In this document: piece by piece, positions 19,981 through 30,389 of the stretch
Layout: every line of letters begins with the position of its first letter
Numbering within the stretch: position 1 is the first letter of the stretch
Assembly (NCBI GenBank): GCA_965263355.1
Contig: CBDHHL010000041.1
Span: forward strand, 1-64,000
Length of the DNA stretch: 64,000 nt
Reading direction: 5' to 3'
DNA from: Leptolyngbyaceae cyanobacterium
GTDB taxonomy: Bacteria > Cyanobacteriota > Cyanobacteriia > Phormidesmidales > Phormidesmidaceae
The notes under the pieces: generated by a model
Told to the model about the DNA's origin: nothing
Database searches by the model: none
What the model saw: the letters and a program-made list of their open reading frames with translations, nothing else
Program-made: the position numbers and the translations under genes

Positions 19981-20772
19981 TCACATCTCTCTGTCGGCAA
20001 CGTCGGCAACAACTCGAAAACCGACATCTTTGTAGCGGTAGCCGGGTAGAGCGATGAGGCGCGAGGCGGAGCGGCAAAGCCTAGGACCGTAGAACCACGA
20101 GCCGCCGCGCAGTACACGCCTTGAACGCTCTCCTTGATCATCCCATGCGCTGCCATCCGTGGGCGCTCCCTTGTAATTCTTATGCGAATGATCTAAGCAC
20201 CATTCATCCACGTTGCCATGCATGTCATAAAGACCAAAAGCATTGGCTGGATACGCTCCCACAGGCGTTGTCTGATTAGCATCGTAATTAGCTAGCTCTG
20301 ACGTTAAGATATCGCCAAAGTGATAGCGAGTGGTTGTACCAGCACGACAGGCATATTCCCATTCAGCCTCTGTAGGCAAACGATGCTCACGCCCTGTGTG
20401 GGCCGACAATCGAGCACAAAACTCAACCGCATCATCCCAAGATACTCGCTCTACAGGACAGTCATCGCCCTTAAAATACGATGGATCAGTATCTAGATTG
20501 CGTTCTACTTGGGGTAGTGCTGCAACCGCCTTCCACTGGGCCTGCGTTACTGGATACTTACCCATCAGAAACGACTGTACAGTGACCTCACGCTGAGGCG
20601 ATTCGTCCTCATAGCACTCCGGTTCACCCTCTGGAGAGCCCATGGCAAAGACGCCCCCAGGGATGCGCACTAGCTCTACTTTTAGTGCTTCGTCATTTTT
20701 CATTAGCTGGTCTCCTCCTATTGTCTTCTGGATCAAAATTCCTTCGGCGTCGTAGTTTCGTTGAAATGACAT
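19981..20772 (-). CDS. FGE-sulfatase/CLec-fold protein, probable DGR target
   Basis: FAMGS, PVTQAQW, RLPTEAEWEYACRAGT, NAFGLYDMHGNVDEWC, VLRGGSW...CRSASR...GFRVV. Confidence 0.9.
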   Translation of the reverse strand: MSFQRNYDAEGILIQKTIGGDQLMKNDEALKVELVRIPGGVFAMGSPEGEPECYEDESPQREVTVQSFLMGKYPVTQAQWKAVAALPQVERNLDTDPSYFKGDDCPVERVSWDDAVEFCARLSAHTGREHRLPTEAEWEYACRAGTTTRYHFGDILTSELANYDANQTTPVGAYPANAFGLYDMHGNVDEWCLDHSHKNYKGAPTDGSAWDDQGERSRRVLRGGSWFYGPRLCRSASRLIALPGYRYKDVGFRVVADVADREM

Positions 20773-21524
20773 TAGTTGGTCTCCCCTAACAATTTTTGGC
20801 GCTGTCCTCTACCCTGACTGAAGCACTGGTCCAAGACAGGCAGCATCGCCTTAGGGAGCTTATAGGTGATTCTTGCGGCAGGTTCTTCAACCCATTGCCC
20901 GTCGTCAATCCCCATGGACCTAATCCATTCCCGGCATTGGTTGCGGGCCTTAGTGCCATTCCCAAACCCATAACGCTTGCTCAGCTCTGTTATGGTTGCT
21001 CCATCATATGTAACAGATCTCCCATATGCGTCTTGGACTACTGTGGTTGGGCGTTCTTTTTCAATGATTGCCTCAGGCTTACCAAAGGCCAGTGCTGAGA
21101 GCCCAGGGCAGATACCCTCCAATGCTTGAGTGGCAGCTGCGAGTCGTTCACGAGATTGCGATAAAGCTACCTCTAAACGCAGCTTCTCTAGCTCAGCATT
21201 TTGGGCCGGGATAATCTCTTTAACCTGCTTTTCGCACTTCAAAAAGTACTGGCGGATTTCTTTGCCTTTTTCGGTGCCTGCCATCATCCCTAATGACTTG
21301 AAACAATCAACAGTCAAAAGGATAAGCTCGCTGGAACGCCCACCAGTTGAACTTTTGCACCCTCTGGCGCAAAAGTCTACACCCTCAACAAAGTTGTTGG
21401 TCAACGTCTTTTTAGCCTTAGACTTCCTAGTCCATCCGATCCACTTCCAGGCATTGTCGAAGTCTACTGGAAATTGATCGGCAGACTGCACCATGACCAT
21501 GGCTAAGTTTTGAGAGAAGTTCAT
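20772..21524 (-). CDS. AntA/AntB-type antirepressor
   Basis: FPVDFDNAWKWIGW, LTVDCFKSLGMMAGTEKGKEIRQYFLKCEK. Confidence 0.75.
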   Translation of the reverse strand: MNFSQNLAMVMVQSADQFPVDFDNAWKWIGWTRKSKAKKTLTNNFVEGVDFCARGCKSSTGGRSSELILLTVDCFKSLGMMAGTEKGKEIRQYFLKCEKQVKEIIPAQNAELEKLRLEVALSQSRERLAAATQALEGICPGLSALAFGKPEAIIEKERPTTVVQDAYGRSVTYDGATITELSKRYGFGNGTKARNQCREWIRSMGIDDGQWVEEPAARITYKLPKAMLPVLDQCFSQGRGQRQKLLGETN

Positions 21525-21835
21525 AAGCCCTCCTTTTGTTCGGGGCCTTTCTTCCCCCCACGGATAGCGCCCTCGTCATCCGCTGAATAAAAAATTAAGT
21601 CATAAGGAGTGCATTTCAGTGCAACACACAACCCATTCAATAAAACCCCATCGATTCGTGGCATGTCATCACGACGCTTCATGTTGCTGATTGAGGTTTC
21701 GTGCATCCCCACAAGCTCAGCAAGCGCTCGATTTGTCATTTGGCGATCAGCCATAACTTGACGTAATTTCCACTGGATCATAGGGGTAATCGCAATATCT
21801 ATCACGTTCATCCTCCTATATTTATTGATTTGCAT
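21521..21835 (-). CDS. Cro/C1-type HTH regulator
   Basis: WKLRQVMADRQMTNRALAELVGMHETSISNMK...LCVALKCTPYDLI. Confidence 0.85.
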   Translation of the reverse strand: MQINKYRRMNVIDIAITPMIQWKLRQVMADRQMTNRALAELVGMHETSISNMKRRDDMPRIDGVLLNGLCVALKCTPYDLIFYSADDEGAIRGGKKGPEQKEGL

Positions 21836-21896
21836 CTACAGCATAGCGCTTAAAACCATATGTAGCAATGCAAGAGTGGTGTTTGCAGATCTTGGT

Positions 21897-21925
21897 TTGA
21901 CATGTATAGCGGCAGGCGCTATATT
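21897..21925 (+). promoter_or_regulatory. Sigma70 promoter with internal inverted-repeat operator
   Basis: TTGACA-N17-TATATT; TATAGCG-N5-CGCTATA; divergent from the HTH gene. Confidence 0.75.
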
Positions 21926-21963
21926 AGTAACCAAGCAAGCAAACACCACCGGAGCCCACGACA

Positions 21964-22245
21964 ATGACTTTCCTTCAACTTCAAGCCACCGCCCAGGACG
22001 CAAGCCGTAAGTACCGCAACTATCGCGGCAAGAATGCCAAAACTCTGGCCAAGCGTAAGGCCGCATACGAAGCTGCTCAAGCTGCTCTGGATGCATATCA
22101 GTATGAAATGGGCGAACGTTGCCTGCAGCGTCTAGAGCGTAAGTTGAGCACCGTTAAGGAGTTGAAGGCAGAGGCTAAGCGTCGTGGGTTCCGTGGTTAT
22201 AGCCGCTTACGCAAGGCTCAGCTGATTAAATTGTTAGCTGCTTAG
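21964..22245 (+). CDS. Protein with Rho-termination-factor N-terminal-like domain
   Basis: TVKELKAEAKRRGFRGYSRLRKAQLIKLL. Confidence 0.7.
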   Translation: MTFLQLQATAQDASRKYRNYRGKNAKTLAKRKAAYEAAQAALDAYQYEMGERCLQRLERKLSTVKELKAEAKRRGFRGYSRLRKAQLIKLLAA

Positions 22246-23594
22246 TCTCAAGGCTCTGAGCAAGCTTCCAATACTGCTCGCGTAATTAAACACCACCGGA
22301 GCCACATGATCAACCTTTCTCAGTTACAAAAATCCTTGGAAAACACCGCCGCTGACTACCAGCGTGGCCGCACAGTCACCACCAACCGCCTACACCTACT
22401 GTCTGAAGCGAGGCTGCGTGTCACTCTTGACAGCAGCATCCCTGAGCAGTATCAACAGCTGCTAACCGACCGAATGATGCAGATTCAGTCCTACGCATTC
22501 AATCAGCAACGCTAAATTCCATAACAAAGCCCTGGGGAGCTACCAACTACACCAGGGCTTGCAGCTCAAACTAATAGCAATTCGAACTATGCAAACTCTA
22601 ACCCAAAGCCCTACTAAAGGGCTTGAATTTCGTCAAACCCACGATACGCAGTACGTCATCTATCGTGGAGATCGCACCCTCGGTCACATCGCATTTAACA
22701 TCACGGCCATGCGCTGGGAATATGCGCCATACGCTCAATCCGTAAAGGCAGTCGGCACCTTGGAGGAATGCAAGGCTGCTGCTGAGGCTGACTATGAGGA
22801 GTGGCTAAACCAGTCGGTTGTCACTCATGTCTCCAGTAAATCTATGCCCGCTTATTTGGCTACCAATTCCAGCTGGCGTACTGCAGGCGATGGCTATGTG
22901 ACTGAAGTGACTGTAAGGACCCGAGATAACGAAACCTACACCATCAAAACACCTAGCGAATTTGCCAGACAGTTATCCGTCGGCACCACTGTCCAGTTAT
23001 TCCCCACACAGACAGGTGTGGCCATCCGCTGGACTCGTAAACCCGTCCGCCGTCGTCAAGTCGTTGCAGCATAGGGGGTTAGCCATGATCACATTCACGC
23101 AAAACACTACCTTTGGTCAGTTGTATGCCGACTGCCAAACCACCGGCCAAAGCTACCGCATCCCATCGGCCAGCGTAGAACCTTTCCTGGCTGATGTGGG
23201 GACCACACTGGAGGACCTACTGGCTACCCCGCAGCAGCGTACCCCTGAGATGCACGCAGCACTAGCCCTCTACAACGGCTAATCACAATCCATAGCCGAT
23301 CACCCCACTTCGGTGGTCGGCCTGTAAACCCTAAGGAATTAATCAAATGGCATTAAGCAAAGAACAGGCTGCTGAGGTGGCCGCACGGACCAACATGTCT
23401 GAATGGCAGATCCGACGAATAGCAGAGTTTGCGCAGATCAAGCCTGTGCAGCAGGAGAAGGGTTCGGCTTGATAGAGTAAACAAATAAGCTTCGGTGACG
23501 GGGACTCTGCGGAGTCCTCGTTTTTTATTGGAGATCACCTTGAATTTCCTCTGAAACACATCCATAATAACTCATAGCTAATGACTAACTCACT

Positions 23595-23918
23595 ATGACT
23601 TTATCAGTCTACACTCTTGCCAAACAGCGTAGGATAAGGCATTCAAGTATTGACGCCTTTATGAGCCAAGCTGTGACCCCCAAAGAATATTGCGATGAAT
23701 GGGTACCGAAGTTTCATGATATCCAACCTGGCGAGTCAGGATATAGGGACTTGTGCGTCAAGGAATTAGCCAGGATAACCGGATATAGCAAGGGCTCTAT
23801 ACAGAATTGGGGCAAGGATTTTGGGAGAGCGCCCAACCTGGTACAAAGGGTTTGCGCCATGGCATCAATACTGAACCGAGCATCAACCGATTGGTCAGAC
23901 TTAATTGACAGCCAATAA
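23595..23918 (+). CDS. Putative HTH regulator
   Basis: CVKELARITGYSKGSIQNWG; flanked by related TCATAG(C/T)TAATGAC motifs. Confidence 0.55.
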   Translation: MTLSVYTLAKQRRIRHSSIDAFMSQAVTPKEYCDEWVPKFHDIQPGESGYRDLCVKELARITGYSKGSIQNWGKDFGRAPNLVQRVCAMASILNRASTDWSDLIDSQ

Positions 23919-24089
23919 TCAAAATACATAAATTAGTCATAGTTAATGACAAAACCCCTTGACCTTAAGTTGAGGGGTTTTCTATTGTAAGGACAAGGCG
24001 GACGTACCTAGGACAGACCTAGGTCACCAACCGGACACAGGTAGGTCACCAAATCGCTGAAAGCCTCTAAGGAGAAGGGTTTACGTCAA

Positions 24090-24344
24090 ATGAATGTCCA
24101 GGTCTTAAATGATGGGTTTACAGCAGCAGAGCTTCGGCTTTGCATCCAGTCAGAGACTGGTCGTTCTGTCGCGCCTAGGACTCTCCGCCGCTGGAGGCAG
24201 GCTTTGGATATACGCCCATGCGAGTTTGGAACCTACAGTCATAAACAGCTTGATGCTCTAGTCAGCCTGTCGGCATGGACACGTACAGGCAGGAGTATTG
24301 AGCATTTTGCAAGGGTTCATTTCAATTTATTAACGGAGATTTGA
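24090..24344 (+). CDS. Small winged-HTH/MerR-like protein
   Basis: GRSVAPRTLRRWRQALDI. Confidence 0.45.
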   Translation: MNVQVLNDGFTAAELRLCIQSETGRSVAPRTLRRWRQALDIRPCEFGTYSHKQLDALVSLSAWTRTGRSIEHFARVHFNLLTEI

Positions 24345-25380
24345 CAATGAAAGTTACCGAAGAGATTAAGCAAGCAAAAGCAGCCAAAAACACCTCAGGC
24401 AAAGGCTTTGCCGAGACGCATCAACCCTCCACAGCGAACAAGCAGGAGCCCATTGAAAACGGCGGTTTGATGGCAGCTAACGGATTGCGCAATGTTGCAG
24501 CTCAGCAATGTTCAGAACTGGGCTTAGTCGCTCAACAGCTGGATAGCCAGTTAGACCAATTGGCGGAACCTGTCGCTAACTATTTTGCAGATGTAATCAG
24601 TGGTAAAGCGCTGATTACTAAAGTGCTTCAGCGAATGAACGAAAAAACACAGCCCCAAAGCCTCAACATGGAACTTCTCGCGATAGAAGCCCCTGAGATG
24701 CCAACTGTGCATTCTATTAATGCTGCTGACTTTTTTAGTACGCCAAAGCCCATCGCTCTACCTGGCAAATGATGTGACAGTTATCTGTGTGTGAGGTTTA
24801 TACACCCCTCAAAAACATGGTGTGAGGCCTCACCCACGCACGTCACACACGCACACACGAGCGCTAAAAACGACTGAAACCATTGAATTGTAAAGCGTGG
24901 GCCTTTGTGAGCCGTTTATTGTGCCAGTTCACGTTCTCACGTTATTCTCACGCCGTCCTCACGCCATGAAACCACCCGCTTTATTACTAGCCCTTTTTCT
25001 AGTTGGCAGCCCTGGTTATGGGCTGTATCACAATTCAGTGAAACGCCAATCTGATCAACGACATGCTGAGACTCTGGATTCTGGCGAGTTATTTGTAGAT
25101 AGTGCCACTGCAATGATGCGGGCAAGGTTTTGCCAGTTTGTTTATGAGCCAGGCCAGTCTGAGCCTATGCCCAGCTTGATAGGTGTTGAAGGCATGGTGT
25201 TGTCAGAGGGAGATTCTGGGCCTCAATTTGTGTGTGCTCCAGATGGAACGACCGTAAAGCAACGTAACGGCGAGTTTGCGGAATATGCAGCAGTAGCAGA
25301 AAAAGATTTAGCTAAATTTCATCGACTTTTAATCGTTAGGGGCATGGCCACCGAAAAGTACTTGAAAGGATTTCAAATTT

Positions 25381-26106
25381 ATGACAGCCAATAATTATTA
25401 TCGTCATCCCAATGACAATCCCAGTGGCCAGGAAAGCGCAAAGCACAAAAAAAGAAAGTCTAAACACGTCTCGCCTAACCTCCTCCCTGCCTACTTCTTC
25501 TGGGCTGTTCTGCTCCTGACAAGCTTAGGACTCAATATCTACAACGTATATAGCCGCTTTGCCCCCGAGTCTCGCGAGCGGTTTGCAGCATCAGGCATCT
25601 TTGAGTATCTGTTTTCGTTGCCAATTTTCGGCTTAGTTGCCTTTGTGTTCTGGTGTGCTTCAGCCTACGCAACGTATGTAGTTGTTAGCGAGATGCTGAA
25701 GGGCAAGCACTGGACTAACCCGGTTTACTGGCTGCTAACAGGCATCGGCGCATTATGCGTTTTGACAGGGCTAGAGGGCCTTTTAATTAATTTCCCTGTA
25801 GTACTAGCAGCGTCTGCAGTTGGCATGATGCAATACTTGGAAATCCTATTCTGGAACGCTAATAAGCGGTCCAAGGTTTTCTGGGCTGTCATTTGCATTA
25901 CTTACGTGGTAGAGATCGGCTTGCAATACGAAATGCTTCCTTTCCACCACGATTACCCGTCTACAGTGGCCTTTGTCCAAGGCCTGATGAGTATGGATTT
26001 TGATTGGACAGGATTTAGAATCTTTCAATTGTTTTTGGCAGTGATCGGAGTCTTCGGAGTGGAAGCAGGTGATCGCATGATCAAGTTAGTAAAGAGTCAC
26101 GGATAA
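25381..26106 (+). CDS. Multi-pass membrane protein
   Basis: Several hydrophobic segments; coupled to the ATPase. Confidence 0.6.
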   Translation: MTANNYYRHPNDNPSGQESAKHKKRKSKHVSPNLLPAYFFWAVLLLTSLGLNIYNVYSRFAPESRERFAASGIFEYLFSLPIFGLVAFVFWCASAYATYVVVSEMLKGKHWTNPVYWLLTGIGALCVLTGLEGLLINFPVVLAASAVGMMQYLEILFWNANKRSKVFWAVICITYVVEIGLQYEMLPFHHDYPSTVAFVQGLMSMDFDWTGFRIFQLFLAVIGVFGVEAGDRMIKLVKSHG

Positions 26107-27743
26107 TGTCTTCTCTACAGGAAACAACAACATCAGCTCTCGCTAGATTGGATGACTTCAGCGTTGACGACATTGATTTTATTGGTCAGCGTTGGCCCCA
26201 TGTCAGTTCTGGTCATAAAGTCATCCTTTACGGAGTTCTTGCAGCCGCTAGCATCCCTGCACAGGGAGCATGGGCAAGTATTTCGTTAATTATTGTTCCT
26301 GTAGCTGCCTCGGTGGCATCGGCTGCTATGGGCCTAGCGATGCTGCTTAAGCCTGATGAAGGCAATACGCTAATTAATGTTGATGCTACTGAAGTTGTCA
26401 GTACAAAAACCATTGAAGCCACTGCGGACCCGGTTTATGAACCAAACCCATTCAGCGGTCCGCTACCAGCCCGTGAGACAGTAGCGTCATCGAATACTGA
26501 TGGAATTGACTTAGAACGGGTTCAAGCTGTGTTAGAACAACGCGCAGCTGAGGAAGCGGGCATCCCTGTGAATGAGTATCGAGCGACCAGAATGATTGAT
26601 GACATTGATCAGGTGATTGACGCTGCCCCTATCGAAATCGTTAAAGCTGGCAAGCAGCCCATGGATATCGCCAAATATATGGCTATGAATCCTAAGCCAA
26701 CATTAATTAGTGCTGTGCCGAGAACAGGAAAAGGTGTTGTGATCGCTCAGGCTTGGCGAGAATTTAAGCTACAAAATCCAAATAGCATTGTTTGGGTGAT
26801 TCAGCCTAAGCCCCATCCTAAAGAAACTGGGTATTGGGATGGGGTTGATTTTTTCTGGGGGGAAATGATCGAAGATGCTTTGGGCGATGCAAATGAGATT
26901 GACCGCATTTCAAAAAAGTTGACACAGATTATCAAGGATTGGCGCAAAGCTCCTCAACAAAAGAAGCTTCTTATTATTGACGAGGGGGTTAAACTTCAAT
27001 CTGTCTTAAAGAAATGGTTCTATGACTTTCTGGTGCCAACAGTTCAAGTGGAGGCATCTAGTGGCGAAACTGACAATAGATTTCTATGGCTAGTCAGTCA
27101 GTCCCCTTTAGTTAAAGACATTGGCATCAGTACCGGCAATCGTTCATCCCTTCAGTTTCTGCACTTACAAAAGCCTGGTGAAGATGAAAACCTATCTATG
27201 GTAATGGGCAGCTATAAATCTATCCCTGGGCCTGAAGATGGTCTATATGAACTGTCAGGCTCGCCTAAGCAAGCCATTTTTTATCATACGGGCATCGGTG
27301 AATGGTATCCAATGCCCGCCTACCCGGTATATCAGTCTACGCGAGAGTTGGTAACAGCTGGTGACATTCCGCAACCTAAACCTGAGCCTACTTATCCCCT
27401 GAAGTCAGTCTGGGATTTTAAGCAGCCAGCTTGGGAGTTTGAAGATGAAGCTGTTAACAGCACGCCAGAACTAGACGCTCAAATTGAAAGCTTTCGTAAG
27501 TTTGCCAATGAACCACGGTACCAGTGTGTTGTTGATTTCCTGGAGTCCTTAAAAGATTACGAAAACGGTCAGCAGTTAAGCCCTAGTGATTTTGGTAAGT
27601 CTAGCTGGGCTAGCCGGTGGGTAGAGAAAGAGGGCGGGCTGAAGGATCGGAAGGGGGGGACCGTCGGGGTCTTTTTGAAGAATGCGGTCAAGCTTGGCTT
27701 TCTCAAATCTGTTGATGATAAATATGAGGTGACCTTAAAATGA
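26106..27743 (+). CDS. Membrane-anchored P-loop ATPase (FtsK/VirD4/HerA-like)
   Basis: N-terminal TM segments; Walker A AVPRTGKG; Walker B LLIIDEG; LVSQS. Confidence 0.65.
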   Translation: MSSLQETTTSALARLDDFSVDDIDFIGQRWPHVSSGHKVILYGVLAAASIPAQGAWASISLIIVPVAASVASAAMGLAMLLKPDEGNTLINVDATEVVSTKTIEATADPVYEPNPFSGPLPARETVASSNTDGIDLERVQAVLEQRAAEEAGIPVNEYRATRMIDDIDQVIDAAPIEIVKAGKQPMDIAKYMAMNPKPTLISAVPRTGKGVVIAQAWREFKLQNPNSIVWVIQPKPHPKETGYWDGVDFFWGEMIEDALGDANEIDRISKKLTQIIKDWRKAPQQKKLLIIDEGVKLQSVLKKWFYDFLVPTVQVEASSGETDNRFLWLVSQSPLVKDIGISTGNRSSLQFLHLQKPGEDENLSMVMGSYKSIPGPEDGLYELSGSPKQAIFYHTGIGEWYPMPAYPVYQSTRELVTAGDIPQPKPEPTYPLKSVWDFKQPAWEFEDEAVNSTPELDAQIESFRKFANEPRYQCVVDFLESLKDYENGQQLSPSDFGKSSWASRWVEKEGGLKDRKGGTVGVFLKNAVKLGFLKSVDDKYEVTLK

Positions 27744-28188
27744 CTTGGAAGAAAGGAACAATTAAATTAGCTGCTGCTCAGGCGATTTTTCATCAATTTG
27801 ACATTCAACCAATAACGTCTGAGATAGACCCTGGCAAAGCCATTGGCTACTCTGCACTCATCCCAGGCCACGAAAGTCGAATCAAGAGCACCGGCCTGAC
27901 TGATTTGTGCACGGTAGTTGTTGAGAAGTTGACATTAAGAGAGGATTAAAATGGATATTCTGTTGTTTGGCTTAATAGCCATGGCTATCATGGCGATAGA
28001 AAATATCTTCACTTCTGACACCAATAAAAAGCAAAATAAGAAAATTGCTTTCTTGCAAGAAGAAGTGGATGAATTAAATAAACAAGTGAACATCCTGAAA
28101 AATCACACCCAACGGCTAGAAACTCTAGAGGAGATTGTGGTTAATCAAGAGTCCTTGATCTCTCGACACACAGAGTTCGATCCAAAAA

Positions 28189-28572
28189 ATGATTTTATTT
28201 TGGGCATCAATACCACTGACAAAGCGTGACAGGCTCCCCAGCAAACCTGGGCTCTACGCCGTGCGTTGGCTTTTTATTACTTGGTACGTTGGCAAGTCAG
28301 TGGATCTGAGGAACCGCTGGGAGAATCACCACCGATACCCCCAGGCAAAGCGGCTACCCTGGTGCAGGATTGCGTACTGCACTATGCACAAAGATGCAAT
28401 CCATGACGCAGAAAGGAGACTGATTCGGCTTACCAAACGGCCATGGACTTGGAATGATACGCGAGTGCCTAGCAAGCTGGAACTATGGCGAGGTGATGCG
28501 ATTCGGGTAATGCTGTCTTGGGGTTGTCTTATGGGACTGGGTTTGTTGGCTGTTGAGTTACTGGGAGGATAG
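28189..28572 (+). CDS. GIY-YIG nuclease domain protein with C-terminal hydrophobic tail
   Basis: LPSKPGLYAV...WYVGKSVDLRNRWENHHR. Confidence 0.75.
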   Translation: MILFWASIPLTKRDRLPSKPGLYAVRWLFITWYVGKSVDLRNRWENHHRYPQAKRLPWCRIAYCTMHKDAIHDAERRLIRLTKRPWTWNDTRVPSKLELWRGDAIRVMLSWGCLMGLGLLAVELLGG

Positions 28573-29557
28573 AATAGTCTCGTCACTAATTTTGGAGCAT
28601 CCCACGGAGTCTTTGACCAAGTAGGCGACTTCTTTCTCTGTGACATCAGAAATATAGTACTAACTTAGCCAGCGCCAATGCTGGCTTTTTTGTTACGATG
28701 GCCTTGTTATCTCCGAAACAAATACTCCTGTGTTCTCCCCGTCCCGACCGACGGGGTTCTTTTTTGCGCGTATGGCCTTATTGACACTATCGCCTGAGCA
28801 AATTGTTATCCTTGAGGTGAACCTTCAGAGTTTTAGGCACCATGGAAAATACCTCTTTTTTCACAGACCACTTGACCACTTGGTTGGGGAACGACATCGT
28901 TTTACTAGCCTTAGGTTTGCTGTACAGCTACACCCAGACGACACGACCAGGCCGCGTAGTTTCTGATCTCGTCGAAGAGATCAAGAAAAACTCCGCTTCA
29001 CCTGAAGCGGACATGCTCAAAGAGTTGATTAAGAACTCATGAACAACCTTATCAAGCAGATCGGATTCGGCCTACTAACTGAGGTCGTCAAACAGCCCAC
29101 AGTGCAGGACGTCGATATTGACACTGCTAAAGGGCTCAACCAATGGGCTAAGGATAAGCTTGGAGTGCGTGAAGATAATCTACCATTCCCGTTCATCCAT
29201 AGCGGGAACAAAGCACTAGGGGGCAACTGGGACATCCCCGCTGACAGCTGGGGCATTGTTTTTCCGCTGCAGCGTCAGTTCTGGTTGCACTACGGCGATA
29301 ACTCATACAGGGTTATCAATGGCCGGACTCAGCCCATGGGGTTTTAGGATAAGATCGAGCAGTAATTTGCACGAATTTAGTTTGTGTGAATGGGACTTGG
29401 TTACACCCTCGGCTACGGCTGGGGGTTTTATTTTGGTAATGGCGCGAACCAAAGACCGTCACTCATTCAGGTGGCGGTTTTTTGTTGGAAGAGCCCTCTT
29501 CCAACCGCAAGTTAAACTGTGCTAGGGTGGGGTCTAACCTCTAGAAGATAAAGACCA

Positions 29558-29761
29558 ATGCCAAGAAAGAAAATAGGCGTCGCCCAGTGGGGGTGCTCGC
29601 TGCCAATCAAAGCTAGAGAAGAACTCAAGGAAGTACTAAGAAGCCTTGACTGCTTATACAATGGGCAGCCAAGCTTAGGGGTTTTCTTGACGAAAATATG
29701 GAGAGGGGAACTAGTCGTCTCAAAAAAAATCGAGATCCCCCTTGACGACAATAACCTTTAG
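29558..29761 (+). CDS. Small regulator (Aca-like position) heading the anti-defence island
   Basis: 67 aa; ends on an operator-covered promoter, and a related half-site lies just upstream of its own start. Confidence 0.45.
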   Translation: MPRKKIGVAQWGCSLPIKAREELKEVLRSLDCLYNGQPSLGVFLTKIWRGELVVSKKIEIPLDDNNL

Positions 29762-29772
29762 AGGTTATTGTC
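29742..29772 (+). promoter_or_regulatory. Promoter with 11-bp inverted-repeat operator
   Basis: TTGACG-N18-TATTGT; GACAATAACCT-TTAG-AGGTTATTGTC. Confidence 0.7.
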
Positions 29773-30062
29773 AAAACAGTTAAGGCAAAGGAGCCAAAAA
29801 AAAAATGGAAGTTTTTAAAGATTGCTTAAAAGAGATTCAGAATTTTGGAAACCCTCATTTCCAAAGAAATTTCTTTGGGCAGTTAAGCCCATCAGTTCAC
29901 ATAGACTACCAAGGGCAACCTTGGTCAAAAGGCATCCCGTACGTGGTGCCTGTGAGTAGTACGAAATGTAAAACAATCGCATACATCAAGCAAGATGTAT
30001 GTGATTTGGTGGAGTAAACAAGCTTTCAAAACATAGAAAAGTAAAGGCAAGGAGCAAAAAAG

Positions 30063-30389
30063 ATGACATTAGCATTAGGTATTTTGAACACCACAATCGC
30101 TACCACTGATGGAACTTTCGAGGTCAAGACTATTGACCTCAGCACCGCCAAAGACCTGATCACGTCCAACTCACTAGACAGCGCAGTTGGACATCAGTCC
30201 ACTGCTGATGTTATGACGACTCTTTTGGGGGTTAACGTCCCCATGAACCGGCAAGAATTTGTTCAGAAGATAGGGCAACAGGCCTTAGTTTTCAAGCTCA
30301 ACAAACGTCCTCAGGAAGGACACATTATGTCCGCTGCTGAGATCGAGGAAATGGGTTACAGCTTCAAGCTGATGACCCGCACTGCATAA
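30063..30389 (+). CDS. acrIII-1: AcrIII-1 family viral ring nuclease (DUF1874/YddF/STIV B116-like)
   Basis: 108 aa; LN(T), SAVGHQSTA (catalytic His), LLGV..PMNR, ALVFKL..RPQEGHIM..EI, matching the YddF/SIRV1 gp29 pattern. Confidence 0.88.
   Translation: MTLALGILNTTIATTDGTFEVKTIDLSTAKDLITSNSLDSAVGHQSTADVMTTLLGVNVPMNRQEFVQKIGQQALVFKLNKRPQEGHIMSAAEIEEMGYSFKLMTRTA

Noticed and set aside
28842..29347. Possible lysis cassette
   Set aside because: One small TM protein is present but there is no recognisable endolysin motif, so support is insufficient.
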